Under the pieces are notes generated by a model. The model was not told the origin of the DNA and searched no databases. It worked only from the letters and a program-made list of their open reading frames with translations. Of a stretch of 64,000 bases of DNA, positions 21,681 to 39,947 are shown one piece after another (the first letter of the stretch is position 1; every line of letters starts with the position of its first letter). The translations under genes were made by a program, and so were the position numbers. The DNA is from the human T2T-CHM13v2.0 reference genome, Homo sapiens. Location of the stretch: the NCBI RefSeq assembly GCF_009914755.1, contig NC_060939.1; one strand, given 5' to 3'.

Positions 21681-22107
21681 ATTGTCTTCATCCTTGAAGG
21701 ATATTTTTGCAAGATACAAAGTTCTGGGTTCATAGTTTTTCCCTCTAAGCACTTTAAATATTTCCTTCCACTATCTTTTGGTCTCCATGATTTCTGATAA
21801 GAAATCAGTTGCCATTCATACTGCTATTTCCCCATATGTAATGTGTCACTTTATCTGACTGCTTTCAAGATTTTCTCTTTATATTTTTTTCCTCCTGCCA
21901 TTTGACTATGATGTGTCTAAGTTTGCTTGGTGTTTGTTGAGCTTAAACCTGAAATTTTGGCTTTCACTAAATTTGGAAAATTGGGGACCATCATTTCTTT
22001 AAATATTGTTTTTTTTTTTTTCCTGCTGTGTTCTCTTTTCTCCTTCTGGGTTCCCAATTACAAGTATGTCAGTCATTTAACATCATTTGACAAGTCACTG
22101 AGGATTC

Positions 22108-22140
<33 letters not shown>

Positions 22141-22142
22141 CT

Positions 22143-22451
<309 letters not shown>

Positions 22452-23543
22452 TCAACAAAGCTTCAAGTACACCTACTCTTTCTTCTGTTTCCAATCCACT
22501 GTTAAGCCCACTCAGAAATTTTTTATTTCAGATGTTATTTTTTAATTCTAGAATTTCTATTTAATTATTTTTCCATATTTCTTATTTCTCTGCTGGGGTT
22601 TCCCATTTACTCACTGATAATAAGCAAATTTTCTGTTATATCCTTGAGAATAAATCCTTAAGATTTAAAATTATTATCTGCTAATTGCAATATTTGGCTC
22701 ATCTCAAGGTCTGACTCCACTGATTTTCTTTAGTCTTCAGTATGGACGACATTTTTCTATCTTCATATGTCTAGTCATTTTGAATTCTAACCCAGACCTT
22801 ACGAGTGACATGTTGTAGATTCTAGATGGTTACATTCCTTTTTAAAGTACAAATATTTTGTTTTATTAGGATAATTTGGCTTAACTGAAACTCTAAACTC
22901 TATCTCTCCTACTGCTGCAACAAGTGAAATGTCTATTCACTTTTCTTAGCCTTACCTGGGCTATCTGGAGTCCTCTATGCATACAAATTCAAGGCCACCC
23001 AGATATTTGGGCATATAAAGCACATAAAGAACTCAGGCTCCCCCTCTGTGGCCCTCTTCAGGACATTCAATTTCCAGCTGTGGTGACTGCCTGCATGTTT
23101 CCATCCCATTTTACCACTATGTGTTGAATTGATTAGGGGCTGTCCTCAGGCAACAAGCCATAATAATGGGAAACTCACCCAGTGACATTCCCTTCTTCTA
23201 GGTGTCAACTACTTTTGTTTCTTCCTGCTTTTAGTCATTCTCCAGTTTCTTCAAATAGTGTTTATACTTGTGCAGAGTTTATTATTTGTAAAAAGGAGGT
23301 ATATGCGTATTTGATTATGAGCTACTCCAGCTGTACACAAAGCAAGTTGTTTTAATCAGAACTTATATTGATAATGCTCAAGCTTGAAAGTATCTTACAG
23401 AATTTAAAAATCTATGTGCTTTCTCTAAGACTGAAGTACAAGAATGGTATATTAGCCACAAGGATCATATTTCTGAAAGTCAGGGCCTAGTAGAAGACAC
23501 TTAAAGAAAATAAGCAACACAACAATATATTTGTAATACACCT

Positions 23544-24305
<762 letters not shown>

Positions 24306-26339
24306 CACCTCAACTATATTTAGGTTGTGTATTAAGTACAAGTGGGAAACTGATGTGATGTCTAATACTTAGAGCTGAAGGAAATAAGATTATATAATGC
24401 AAATTGAATTATAAAGTCAATGGATCAGAGTAGAATAAAGCAAAGTTCCTTTAAATAATAGAGACTAGCTGAATATGCATTAACATATCTAAAGAAAGAG
24501 CTGTCAGTCTGAGGAGTTGGTTGGCAAGGGACACTCACAGAAAGGAGAGGCACAGAGGCAAACATCGGCAGTGCCTATCTAAGCACTGTTAAGTAGAGAG
24601 GGTATTGTAGCCAGAAGACTTCATGCATTACAGTTCTAAGTCAGATTATCTCTCTTGTGGAAATAAATGCATCAGACTAATTACAGGTAGACTTTCATAT
24701 TATATAATTCTTGTTGTTTTCTTGTTTTCTCTATATCCATTAAAATATTCTGATTACAAATTTGGCTTCCCATACATGTCAGTCTACAGAGAAAAAGAAT
24801 GCCTGGCTCACATCAACTCAAGCCTGTGTCAGTTATATATCATCATACATTAACAAATTGAAGTATCCAGCCTGGGCAACATAACGAGGCCACGTCTCAA
24901 TAAATAAATAAGAATGCTTACTTTAGACACTAGCTCTGTAAGCCTAATCAATGTGTATCTGCTGTGAGAGATGAGATCCCTCACAATGTACTTCATTTAA
25001 CTCTTAACAATCTACACTGAGGGGAGACCTCAGATTGTGATAATACCATGGTCACACAGTACTCATTGGGGCTATTTATTCCCTAGATATACCAACTTCA
25101 TTGAGTAGTATGAATCTTTTAACTACAAGAGTTTGAAGCTCAGTTATTCACATTATTAAACAAATGAGCCTTGCTTTTTAATAGAGCATGTGTGTTTAGC
25201 TATAGAAGACAGTGAAATAAAGAGATACAAAAGAACACACTTTTGAAAGGTCAGGAAACTAGATAATAGTTCCTGACATAAAATTTCTTAGAGTAGCAAA
25301 GAAGAGATTTGGTCACAAAATTGGAAAAAGTGCCAAATTTCTATTTGTAACCATTTATTTTTATAGCAACTAGTGACTTGCTTAGATCATTCGTCTACAT
25401 AATGATAGTACTAGATCCCAACATTATATTTATTATTACTACATTTGTTTATAGTCTTGGTAGGAATCAGATGAAATGGCTGTGTCAGAATATGAAAATA
25501 AATTTGATTCTAGATCAAACCTTGAATGTTTTCGGTGAAATGTATTATAGGAATTATATCATAAAGATCTATAAATATCCATATTACACATCACTACTTG
25601 ATGGCCAGAATTAGCTCTATATTTGGAATTCTCTTCTAACACATATTGGTTGAGAAACTTTGTAAAAAGGATGAGGTAGGTGTCAATGAGAGAAAAATTA
25701 TTTTAATAGTATTTTTAAGGCTTTTTTTCATGATCTTCTCCCCATTTGAGACTTTTCCCACTATAATACTTAGTAGACTAAGAAAAGCTTGAGATTTCCA
25801 GAGAGCTGATGTTATACATTTAATGAGAGAAAAAAATATGTAAACTAAATAAGGGCAAAAATCATTTCAGTAACATTTCTGTACAAAATTACAAATAACT
25901 TTTTACGAGATAATTCATCTAATTTTCTCTGAGAAAATTTTTATTTTTTGATACTAATTCAACTCCATTAATATTTAAAAATCTGTATTGCAAAGATATA
26001 TATTGCAAAGATATTCTTCATAGAATTTCATCTCATCATCTTCTTACCCTTCTTTGCTTGGTATTAAATACCCCTATTTTTTAGTGATTGAAATTTCCAA
26101 ATCCTTTTCCATCTTGGTTTTTCTCAAAAATTCACTCGAGAAACATTTTTGAGTAGTTTATTAAATTCTATGATATATACTAGATGTAGAAAATTCAAAG
26201 ACAAGAGAATTATTCAGTCCCAAGGGGCTTAGATTCTATTAGAGAACAACAGACACATAAACACTAAGTACAGTAGAGAGAGATATAAGATAGAAATACG
26301 TCTGGGTACAGTGTGAGCATATAATAGTCAACAAAGTTA

Positions 26340-26690
26340 ATACTAGCTGCCTTTAATTGCAAACTTACAAATACTGGTGACTTCATACAATGAAAGTTTA
26401 ATCCTTGCTCACACTACTGTCTAATGCCCAATGCCAGTCAGGCAGCCCTTCTCCATCTCTTGGCCCTGACACCTGGAGAACATGGCCTCCAAGGTCACTA
26501 AGGCAGGAAAAATGAGAGCTGGAGTTTTTCAGGAGTTGGTTTTTCAGGGCCAGACTTGTGACTGGCTTGCATCCCTTTTGCCCATACTCTACTGTCCAGA
26601 ACCCAGTCACATAGACCCAGTCTAACTGTATGTGAGGCTCAAACACAGAGGACCACATAGTTATTGGACACTAACAGCCTCTGCCACAGG
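26340..26690 (-). mobile_element. Old MLT1 (J/K/L-like) LTR remnant
   Basis: ctgtccagaacccagtcacatagacc..aacagcctctgccaca. Confidence 0.6.
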
Positions 26691-26854
26691 GCTGAATGGC
26701 TAATTCTACCCAGAAAAGCTTCATAAAAGATACAAAGTTTGACTTGGGTTTCAGATCACTCTGCTTTATCAAATTCTATCCTACATAATGTGAAACCCGA
26801 GAGAATTAACAGAAAAATTATTATAATGATAACAGAAGTCAACAAAGTAGTGGG

Positions 26855-27390
26855 GCATTCATTCACTCAACAGATACTTACCGAAAACCTACTCTATGCT
26901 TGTTCTAGATGCACGGAAAATCTCAGTGAACAAAAAATAAAAATTTCTTTCCCTGTGGGACTTACATTCTAGCTTGGGGAGATACAATGTAAAGTAAATT
27001 ATATAGTATGTTGGTAGATGGTAAGAGAGGAAGAGAGGGAATAGGCGAAGAATGGGTTTTACTTTTTAAAAAGTGGTCTAGGAGGCATCATTGAAAGATT
27101 GATAGTGAAGACTAAAAGGATGAGGGGGAGTTAGCCATGAGGATATTGGGGGAGAAAGCATTCAACACAGGACAGAAAGGCCAGGCCAACACCTTAAGTC
27201 TGGAACTTTCCTGGCATCAGGGAACATCAAAGAGGCTAATTTGGCTGCAGTAGATTGAGCAATTAGATAGTTGCAGGATATGAGGTGAGAACAATAATAG
27301 GGGCCATATCATTAAGGTTTTATAGGCCACTGGCTTTTATCTGAGTGAGACAGAGAGTCACTGAAGGGTTTTAAGCATAGAAATAACATA
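26855..27390 (-). mobile_element. L2 3' region
   Basis: cattcattcactcaacagatactta..ctgaagggttttaagca. Confidence 0.75.
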
Positions 27391-28014
27391 TTTATTAAAT
27401 TTACATATGGAAACAGATTTACCCCAGTAACAAAAAATCAAATCTATGGGAAAAAATTCAGAAATATGCAAAACATATATAATGTTAAAAACACTCTTGA
27501 AGTACAGAAAAGGATTTGAACTAATGGGAAGACATATCAATCCTGGATAAGAAGATTCAGCATCATAAAGAAACTTTCCTAAAGGGAATTTATCAATTTA
27601 ATTTTTTATATTCTTCTGGACTGATTCTAAAGTTCATATGGAAAAATTAAAAAGCAAGGACAGCCAGGGTGCAAGGGAGTGCCGCAAAAACTAGACTTAC
27701 CACATATTAAACTCACTATAAACATTCAACAATTAGAAGAGACTGCTGTGGGCATAAGAATAAATGGACACACCAAAGGAAAACGGAGTCCAGTAAGAAT
27801 TAATACATATAGAGTTTCACATATAACAAAGTTGGCATCTCAAATCAGCAGGGGAATTCATTCATTCATTTAATAAATATTTATTGAGTACTTACTATGT
27901 TTCAGGTACTGTTCTAGCAGTAAACATATAGATAAAAATTTCTGCCCTCACAGGGCTGACATTATAATGGGAATTATGATCTATAAACTGATAATGTTGG
28001 GAAGACTGGGTAGG

Positions 28015-28405
28015 TGCTATGTATCCCCTCTAAAAATTCATGATGAAACATAATCTCCATTGTGCTGGCATAAGGAGTTGGGGCTTTCTTCACCCTCATG
28101 AATGGACTAGTTCCTTATAAAAAGGCTAAAGGAAACTAGCTTAGGCCTTTTTATGCTCTTCTACTCTCTGCCATGTGAGGACATAGTGTTCGGCCCTTTT
28201 TTGCTCTTCTGCCCTCTGCTATGTGAGGACACAGCATTTGCCCCTTCTGCTATGTGAGCTTGCAACAAGAAGGCCCTCACCACACACCAAAAGCTGGTGC
28301 CTTGATCTTTGGCTTCCCAGCCTTCAGAACTGTCAGAAATAAATTTCTACTGTCTATAAATTATCCAGTCTCAAGTATTGTTACAGCAGCAGAAACAGAC
28401 TAAGA
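28015..28405 (+). mobile_element. MSTC/MSTD-like MaLR LTR
   Basis: gccatgtgaggaca repeats, gaaggccctcacca, gttacagcagcagaaacagactaaga. Confidence 0.8.
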
Positions 28406-28471
28406 GAGTAGCCATATTAAAAAAGATAAATCTGGATCTATATCTTAAAACATATACATAATCCAAATAGA

Positions 28472-28642
28472 GACTTGGCACAGTGGCTTATACCTATAAT
28501 CCCAGCACTTTGGGAGGCCGAGATGGGAGGATCATTTGAAACCAGAAGTTCAAGACCAGTATGGGTAACATAGTAAGACCTAAAAATAAAAAAATTAGCT
28601 GGGCACACTGGCACACATCTGTAGTCCCAGCTACTCAGGAGG
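28472..28642 (+). mobile_element. 3'-truncated AluJ-like
   Basis: Left arm plus start of right arm, ends at ctactcaggagg. Confidence 0.88.
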
Positions 28643-28901
28643 CCAGCCTGGAGTGCAGTAGCATGATCTCGGCTCACTGCAACCTCTGCCTCCCAGATTC
28701 AAGAGATTCTCCCACCTCAGTCTCCTGAGTAGCTGGGATTACAGGTGCCTGCCACCACACCTGGCTACTTTTTATATTTTTAGTAGAAACGGGGTTTCAC
28801 CATGTTGGCCAGGCTGGTCTGGAACTCCTGACCTCAGATGATCCACCCACCTCGGCCTCCTAAAGTGTTGGGATTACAGGCATGAGCCACTGCACCTGGC
28901 T
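28643..28901 (-). mobile_element. AluS lacking its tail, fused to the preceding Alu
   Basis: Starts at ccagcctggagtgcagt with no polyT. Confidence 0.9.
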
Positions 28902-29655
28902 GGAAAGTCTTTTTTAAAACTATGACTCGAACTTGAAGGGCTTTTAAAAAAAATTGATAGATTTGACTGCAGTAAAACCAGAAAACAACTGCATGGAAAA
29001 CTAAATCCCATAAGCTAGGTAAAAGGAAAAATAAGCTATAAATAATTATCTATAATTGATATTATAGACAAAAGGCTAATCTTACTAATATAAAAGCAAT
29101 ATATAAACAAATACATTATCAAAAAGATTTTAATTAGTATTTAAACAACTGAACTATGCCCAGCTTTCCTCATAACTAGGAAAATAAAAATTAAAAGAAC
29201 ACTGAGATACTATGTTTGACATAGTAGTTTGACAATTCTGTTGCAAGGTTATAGAAAAACACGTACCCAAATATATTGGTGGGAGTTCAAAATAACATAA
29301 TCTCTATGGATAGCAATTTGGCAACATATATTGAAGTTACAAATGCATTTATCTTTAACCCAGCAATTTCACTTCCAGGACTTTATTTTACTGATATATA
29401 ATTGTATAATTTCATACATGTGCAGATTTATGTGCAAGGTAAAAAATTAGCTGGGCACAGTGGTACACACTGTGTGTACTTCTGCACTGTGTGTACAATA
29501 CTCATTAATAGAGGCTTGGCTAAATACATGATGGTATATTCACACAAACAGAATACCTTCTAGTTGTAAAAACGAATTGGGAAGCCATATATTAAAATGA
29601 GCAGATATCCAGGATATATTGTTAAGAAAAAAGAAATACAGGATAGTACATATAG

Positions 29656-30282
29656 CAATACTCCCCAACAGAAATAAAATGTCTAGTTTTAAATTTTTCT
29701 TAATTATTTTTATCTTTTTTTAGAGACAGGGTTTTGCTCTGTTGCCCAGGCTGGAGTACAGTGGCATGATCATGTTCACTGCAGCACTGAAGTCCTGGAC
29801 TCAAGCAATCCTCCCACTTTAGCCTCCTGAGTAGCTGGGACTGTCAGCACACGCCACCACACCTGGTATTTTTTTTGTTTTGTTTTGTTTGGTAAAGATG
29901 AGGTCTTACTATGTTGTCCAGGCTGGTCTCAAACTCCTGGCCTCAAGCATTCCTCCCTCCTGCCTTGGCCTCCCAAAGTGCTGGGACTACAGGCGTGAGC
30001 TACCATGCCTGGCCCCAATTTTTGTAGCCACATTGAAAAAAACCGAAAAGGGTGAAATTATTTGTAGTAATATATTTTCACTTCAATATATCCAAAATAT
30101 TATCATTTCAACATGTAATCAATATAAAAGTTATTGAGATAGTTCACTTTTTCACATTAAGTCTTCAAAATTTAAGGATTATTTGATACTCATTGCACAT
30201 CTCCAGTTCTCAGTCACACTAGCCACATTTCAAGTGCTCAGTAGCCACACATGGCTCCTGGCTACCATATGGGACCACACAA
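29656..30282. mobile_element. MER33-like hAT element interrupted by an AluJ
   Basis: tatccaaaatattatcatttcaacatgtaatcaata..ctagccacatttcaagtgctcagtagccacacatggc. Confidence 0.8.
29702..30014 (-). mobile_element. AluJ
   Basis: Alu dimer with J motifs. Confidence 0.9.
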
Positions 30283-30739
30283 GTATACAATGTTTGTTCT
30301 TTGCTTCATTTGACAAATACTTATTGAATGACTATTATATATTAAGAACTATTCTACTAAGAATGGGAGGTTAAAATACGCATTTGTATTTCCTTGAATT
30401 TGCAAAAAGAAGTACTGGAAGTTTAGATAAGGGCTTACTGCTTTCTTTTAGTACACAGGGAGGAAAAATGTTAACAGACATAGAAATGAGAGAAATATAC
30501 ATCAACGTATTTTTTGGTTTTGATCTTTGAAAAATGTGAACATATTATCTATTTTAAACTTGTAGGAGGAGCCTACAACAAACACATAACAAGTATCCTC
30601 CTCCCAGCCAGATTTTTGTCAGATTTTGAACCTGTATGGAACAAGGGGATACAAAGCTTAGCTCAAAAGCTCCAAAGTGCGTAACTTTCAGAGTGGAGAA
30701 AACAAAGACTTAGCCACTCAATCAAAAGCTGGGTTGGGC

Positions 30740-33570
<2,831 letters not shown>

Positions 33571-33809
33571 ATACAGTTGACCCTTGAACGATATAGGGGT
33601 TAGGGGCACCAACCCCCATGCAGTCAAAAATCCACATATAACTTTTGACTCCCTCAAAACTTAACTACTAATAGCCTTCTGTTGACTGGAAGCCTTACTA
33701 ATAACATAAACAGTCAATTAACACATATTTTATATGTTTTATGTATTACTATATTCTTATAATAAAGCAAACTAGAGAAAAGAAAATGTTATTAAGAAAC
33801 TCATAAGGG

Positions 33810-34416
<607 letters not shown>

Positions 34417-34453
34417 GGAAAGAAAAGAGAATTGTAAGGAAGAGAAAATATAC

Positions 34454-34526
34454 CTCTTACTATTCATTAAGTGGAAGTAGATCATCATAAAGGTCTTCAT
34501 TGTTGTCATTTTCATTTTCGTGTAGA
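34454..34526 (-). CDS. NRG4: Candidate NRG4 alternative exon (73 nt) adding [22 protein letters not shown]
   Basis: Strong pyrimidine tract + CAG acceptor, GAG|GTATAT donor. In frame with the phase-2 end of the EGF exon; stop at 34460-34462. Resembles my recollection of a short NRG4 B-type isoform. Confidence 0.65.
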
Positions 34527-36138
34527 CTGAGGAGGAGGAGAAAGAGGAGGAGTTGGCAGGCAACATAACACAAAGTATATCTAACGTAAATAGTGAATGG
34601 CTCTAGTTAGAATGCAGACCAAGGAAGAAATGGCCACAAAGGTAGTTTGAGGGCCAAATGGTAGAAGGCTGAAAGAGCTAGGCTAAAAAGTAAGGTATTA
34701 TTTCATGAGTGGTAGATGGATAGGTGTGAGGGCTGTCACTGAAGGTTTTTTTTGTTTTAGCTGGACAGATGATGAGAATTAGCCTCCGGGAAAATTGGTT
34801 AGGGACTATTTCTATAGACAAAGCAAGGAGTTAAGAAACTCTGAGCTAGTATATTGATAGTAAGAACAGAAAGGACTAGAGAGATGAGAGATACAGCAAA
34901 GGTAGAAATATGATTTGACAACTGGACAAGAGGGCAATAAAGAGTCAAATATAAGTCTGGGGTTTCTCAGTGACAAGATGGTTGAGATGTCATAATAGAA
35001 ACAGGAAATACAGAAAACAGTATGAAGTGGGATGGAAAATGAGCTTATCACTCTTAGCTATTGCTATTACAGCCTACAGGGCTACATTAGAGGTGTGCTC
35101 CTAAGATAATTGGAAAACAATTATTTTTATAAAATATGATTTTAAATATATCTGCCATTCAATGTTACTGAACCTGCAGTCACTATTTTTTTTATCCTTT
35201 TTTCTCAGTCGCCCTTTTGTTCCCTACCCCACTCCCCTACTTCACTTCCTTCCAGGGTGTTTAGCAACTCCAGAATACACATTCACGTTGCAAAGAGGGT
35301 GCCAAGCCACAGAGCCTCCTGCTGTTGTGCAATGTGGTGACCTTGCTATCCATCATGAACCCATGTGGCATGGTTTCAGCTACTCCCAATTACTACTTTT
35401 ACATTCTGATATTAGGAAGAAACTATACACATTTTTACACCTGGTGTGGGTTGCCAGCAAACTTGGCCATTCTCTATCATTGGTAACTTTTTGAAAATAC
35501 ACTAAAAACGCATCTATCCAACGTACAAAAGCAGGATGACAACCTAGGTTTCTTTCCATTTTAATGAATCTCCAAATTCCAGCATTCTTAGTTCTTTCTT
35601 TCAACTTATTCAGTGAGGTATAACAGATAGCTAGTATACAGATAGATATTAAGTGCATAGCTTAACGGACCAAGTACTCTGTCCACAATGCCATTAAATC
35701 GGATATAAATATAAAAGGATAGGAAAACACCTATAGGTTACAGAAGAAATCATAATGAAAAAATGTTTAAATCTAAAACTGAACAACAAACTATAAAATT
35801 TTTAGGATAAAACAGAAATGTATTTGAAAATTTTTAACATTAAATACTGCCTATTAGAAAATAAGGCTAAACGTCATTGAGTCGAAGAATAAAGTTAAGG
35901 AATCATGCTACCTGATTTTGCTCATTATAAAGCTACGTTTATCAAGACTGGTATTGGTGAAAAGACAGGAAACATAGATCAACAGAAAAGAATAGTCCAG
36001 AAATAGACCTGCACATAAATGATCAATTGATTTTTGACAAAGGGGCAAAGGCAATTCAATGGAGAAAGGATAGTCTTTATACCCATGCAGCCATCATCAA
36101 GATCAAGACACAAAATGTTAGTATATTTAAATTATTAA

Positions 36139-36445
<307 letters not shown>

Positions 36446-37916
36446 TAAATGTACTTCTTCTGATAAGCATTCTTGTTTTATTTTAAACATTCTACGTGCC
36501 ATATCACCTTAGAAAGAATCCAGTATGAATATATTATAAAGTTAAGTGAAACTTGTGAGTTGTATTCAAAGGTGACACCTTTCTTCTTCCCAGCTATATG
36601 ACCTTTGGCATGTCACTTAATTTCTCATTTTCCCCTTTTTTAAAAAATTATTTTCTAAGGTCTCCCCTGCCTCCTTTCTCTAAGGTGTTTGTGAGAATTA
36701 AGTGTTGAGCACAGTCAGCAACAAAATTTGGGGGGATTATCTATGGAAATGTTCTATATCTAGATGTGATGGTGGTGGTGATTTCACAGGTACAAACACT
36801 TGTCAAAATTAATCCATTTTGCACTTTAAATGAATGCAGTTTATCATACATAAATTATATCTCAGTAAATAGATTAAAAAAGAAGAGTATACTGCTGAGG
36901 CACATCATGAGTGTTAAGTAATTGTTAATTTGTTCCTCCATTCCCTTCCCTTTTCATATTCACTAGAGAAGAAAAACACCTGGGCACTATTCCCCATATG
37001 AGAAGCCCTAAAAACTTCTTGAGATAATTGTGAGGTTATTTCTCTCTGCCTCCTCTCCTCCATACTACATCCCAGTATCTTTAACTTTTCCTATGGATTT
37101 TACTTTTCTATCCTTTTATGTAGCTAGATCTTAAATCTAGATTCTATACTTCTCATTTCAGTTAAAGAACAAGAAAGAGTAATTCACATGTGTTACAAAA
37201 TATCTTTAGATCTTGGGTGTTAGCTCCACAGTATAGGGCAGTACTATGATGTTAACTCATATACTAAAAGACGTTTATTATATACATTTAAATCCTATTC
37301 AACCAAACTCATAGGAATCAGGCTACAGAAGTACTATTTTGAAGTTTTTTATGGGTCACTGGCTGTATCTATACTCCCACAGTGAATTATATTATTTTAA
37401 AACAATAGTGGCTAAGATACCCTTCTTTTTTATTTGCTACCACCATTAGAAAAACTTAACCCTTCTTTTGCTTTTTAACATATAAAGTGTAAGTTTTGGT
37501 GCCAACTCAGTTATCATGTGTTTATGTACTAAAAACTCAAAATAAAATATATCATATTAGGTTTTTTTGATTAGCAAATTCCCTAGCTGTTTTGCCAGTA
37601 ATATTAAGCATAGACTGCCTTCCTTAAATTGCTAAAATCAAAGAGTTCACTAAAAGGGATTATTTTTTAAAAATGTGTCTAGGCTAGGAACTACCATTAG
37701 CAATTTTCAGAATAAACACCTTGATTAGTGAGATTTTTATGTGCTATTTTATTTTGTTTTTGTTTTGTTTTAAAAGGATAATTTTCCCTAAATAAATATG
37801 AATATGCCTCACATCTTTTCATCTTACACTTTTTGTTTACTTTTTATCACTTCTCAAAGAAGTTAGTAGACAATAAAAAATAAAGTTAACATCTCCCCCT
37901 AGTCCATTTCACTCAC

Positions 37917-38010
37917 CTACAAAATGGGCTGGGAATAGTAGGTATCACATAACAAAGCCCCCCATTCAGGCAAAACGACTTGTGACTGGGACCACAGGGC
38001 TCTTCGTGAT
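37917..38010 (-). CDS. NRG4: NRG4 coding exon, first part of the EGF-like domain (94 nt)
   Basis: ttctag|ATCACGAAGAG...TTTTGTAG|gtgagt encodes DHEEPCGPSHKSFCLNGGLCYVIPTIPSPFC(R), matching human NRG4. Confidence 0.98.
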
Positions 38011-39937
38011 CTAGAACACATACATATATAAAATAGAGAAAAGCAAATTAAAGTTTTCCTAATGCAACAAGGAATAGGAATAACTATCTTAAACTGAAGT
38101 AGCAATTCTGAAAATCAGAATGAAGAATTTTTTTTCTCAAAATGAAAGATTTAATTCTATTCCTTATTTGACAGACTGGGACTTCTATGTCTTTGAGAGA
38201 AAAATTATGTCCTAAAGATATGGCCATTAACTATAATGGGTTTAGACATTATATAACAGAAATAAGGAATATCTATATTAGTTAGATTAAAAGGAGGTGA
38301 TCAGCATCTTAGAACAAACAGGGCCTTTCTCACTTACTACAGAGATTTGGCAGTATTACCTAGCATTTCCCTGTCCCAAGAATTTATTTAAATTCTTGTT
38401 TTCCCTATTAGGTCTCAAATACATTAATATCTGAAATTGCAGCTGGTAAAGGATTTAGATAATTAACTTTTTATTTCCAAAGTTAACTTTAAATGTTCCT
38501 ATATGACAATCTAAATGTCAGAAACCAAAAATAAACTTATAAGGTGTTGATTTGCAAAGTGTTTTAGGTAACAGTTACTAACCATAAGGCATATCTAAAG
38601 TTGCAAAGAAAAATTAAAAAGCTAAGTCATAGCTTGATATACAGCCAAATCTTTCAGAATATTAAGAAAATAAACCTCTACTTCTCTCTGACTTCTTTTC
38701 TCTCTTTCCTCTTTCCTCAGCCTCATCTTCCTTCTTTATGACCTTTCCTTTATCTATCTTTCTCTCTCTGCCTTCCCTTTCTCCCTTGGTACCTCTCCTT
38801 CCTTCTAGCCTCACCCCCAAGACCTTTTATAAAAAATCCCTGTCCACCAAAGCCATTGTATAGAAAAAATTAGAATAACAGAAGGATTCATTGAGTCATT
38901 ATACTAGTAATTTATGAAGAGAAAATTGGTGAATATCTTATCTTCCAGCCTTAAAGGGGAAATTACATTGCTTTAAACTTGTACATTGTTAGTTCCTAAT
39001 TGTTTCTGTCTAGGAAATGACCCAGAATCATCTAATCAGAATAAGAAAATGGCATTACTCTCCCACTGGGACTCCAATTTGACATTAAAATTAGTATATT
39101 AATTTTAAAAATTATCTAGCATTTATGTGCCACTAAGATATCAATACTTGCTAAGATATAATTGCTATGAGTCAGATATCTCCACAATCAGAATTTCAAA
39201 TTTTAAAACTTTTGTTCTACTTTAGAATTGAGAAAATCCTGTTTCAGCATCACATTATAGCCCTAAGAGTATAAAAATGTAAAGACGAAATCAGAACTAC
39301 AGAGAACTGGTGAAAAAGAAAGTAAAATCAACCAAAATGAATGCTTTTAGATTTTTTTCTTTTTTACACAATGCCATGCTTCTTCGTAATCAAACAACTT
39401 TCAACAAGATTATAAAATTTTTCAGGAATAATTTGGCTAAAAAATAAAATTAACATTACATCAGCATCAAAGGCGTCATCATATATGGTTTTCCACTGAG
39501 GGTGGAATGTAACTTTATCACAGCTAAGATTAGTGTCCTTGTTTTAATTGGATTATAGTCAGACATATCTCAACACTTGGCATTTATTTTATCAATAAAG
39601 AAAACTCATCTAACCTGAATCATTATTTCTGAATCTACTTTTATTCTGACTTCTATTTCCTTATTATTTGAGCTGATTTCAGATATAGGACAAGCTAGAA
39701 TTTATCAGGTTATAAAACCAATAAAACACATATATCTAAAATAAAATAGCTTTATGTCACAAAGGAAGGTCTCTCAAAACCAAATATTTCATATTTGAAA
39801 TATTAATTTCATATTCACATCTCTTCCAATGATGTTGGAAGGGAATAATACAGCCTTGTGTTAATATACATTTTTGATTGTTGTTCTATTGCTATGGACA
39901 CATATTGACAAAAACATATAAATATATAAGAAATTAC

Positions 39938-39947
39938 CTGTTGGCAT
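39938..39947 (-). CDS. NRG4: NRG4 start, ATG CCA ACA G (MPT + phase 1)
   Basis: Followed by donor gtaatt; phase joins the EGF exon to give MPTDHEEPC. Confidence 0.96.

Noticed and set aside
37917-38105. 62-aa minus-strand ORF overlapping the NRG4 exon
   Set aside because: Wrong frame and starts in intron; the spliced NRG4 frame explains the sequence
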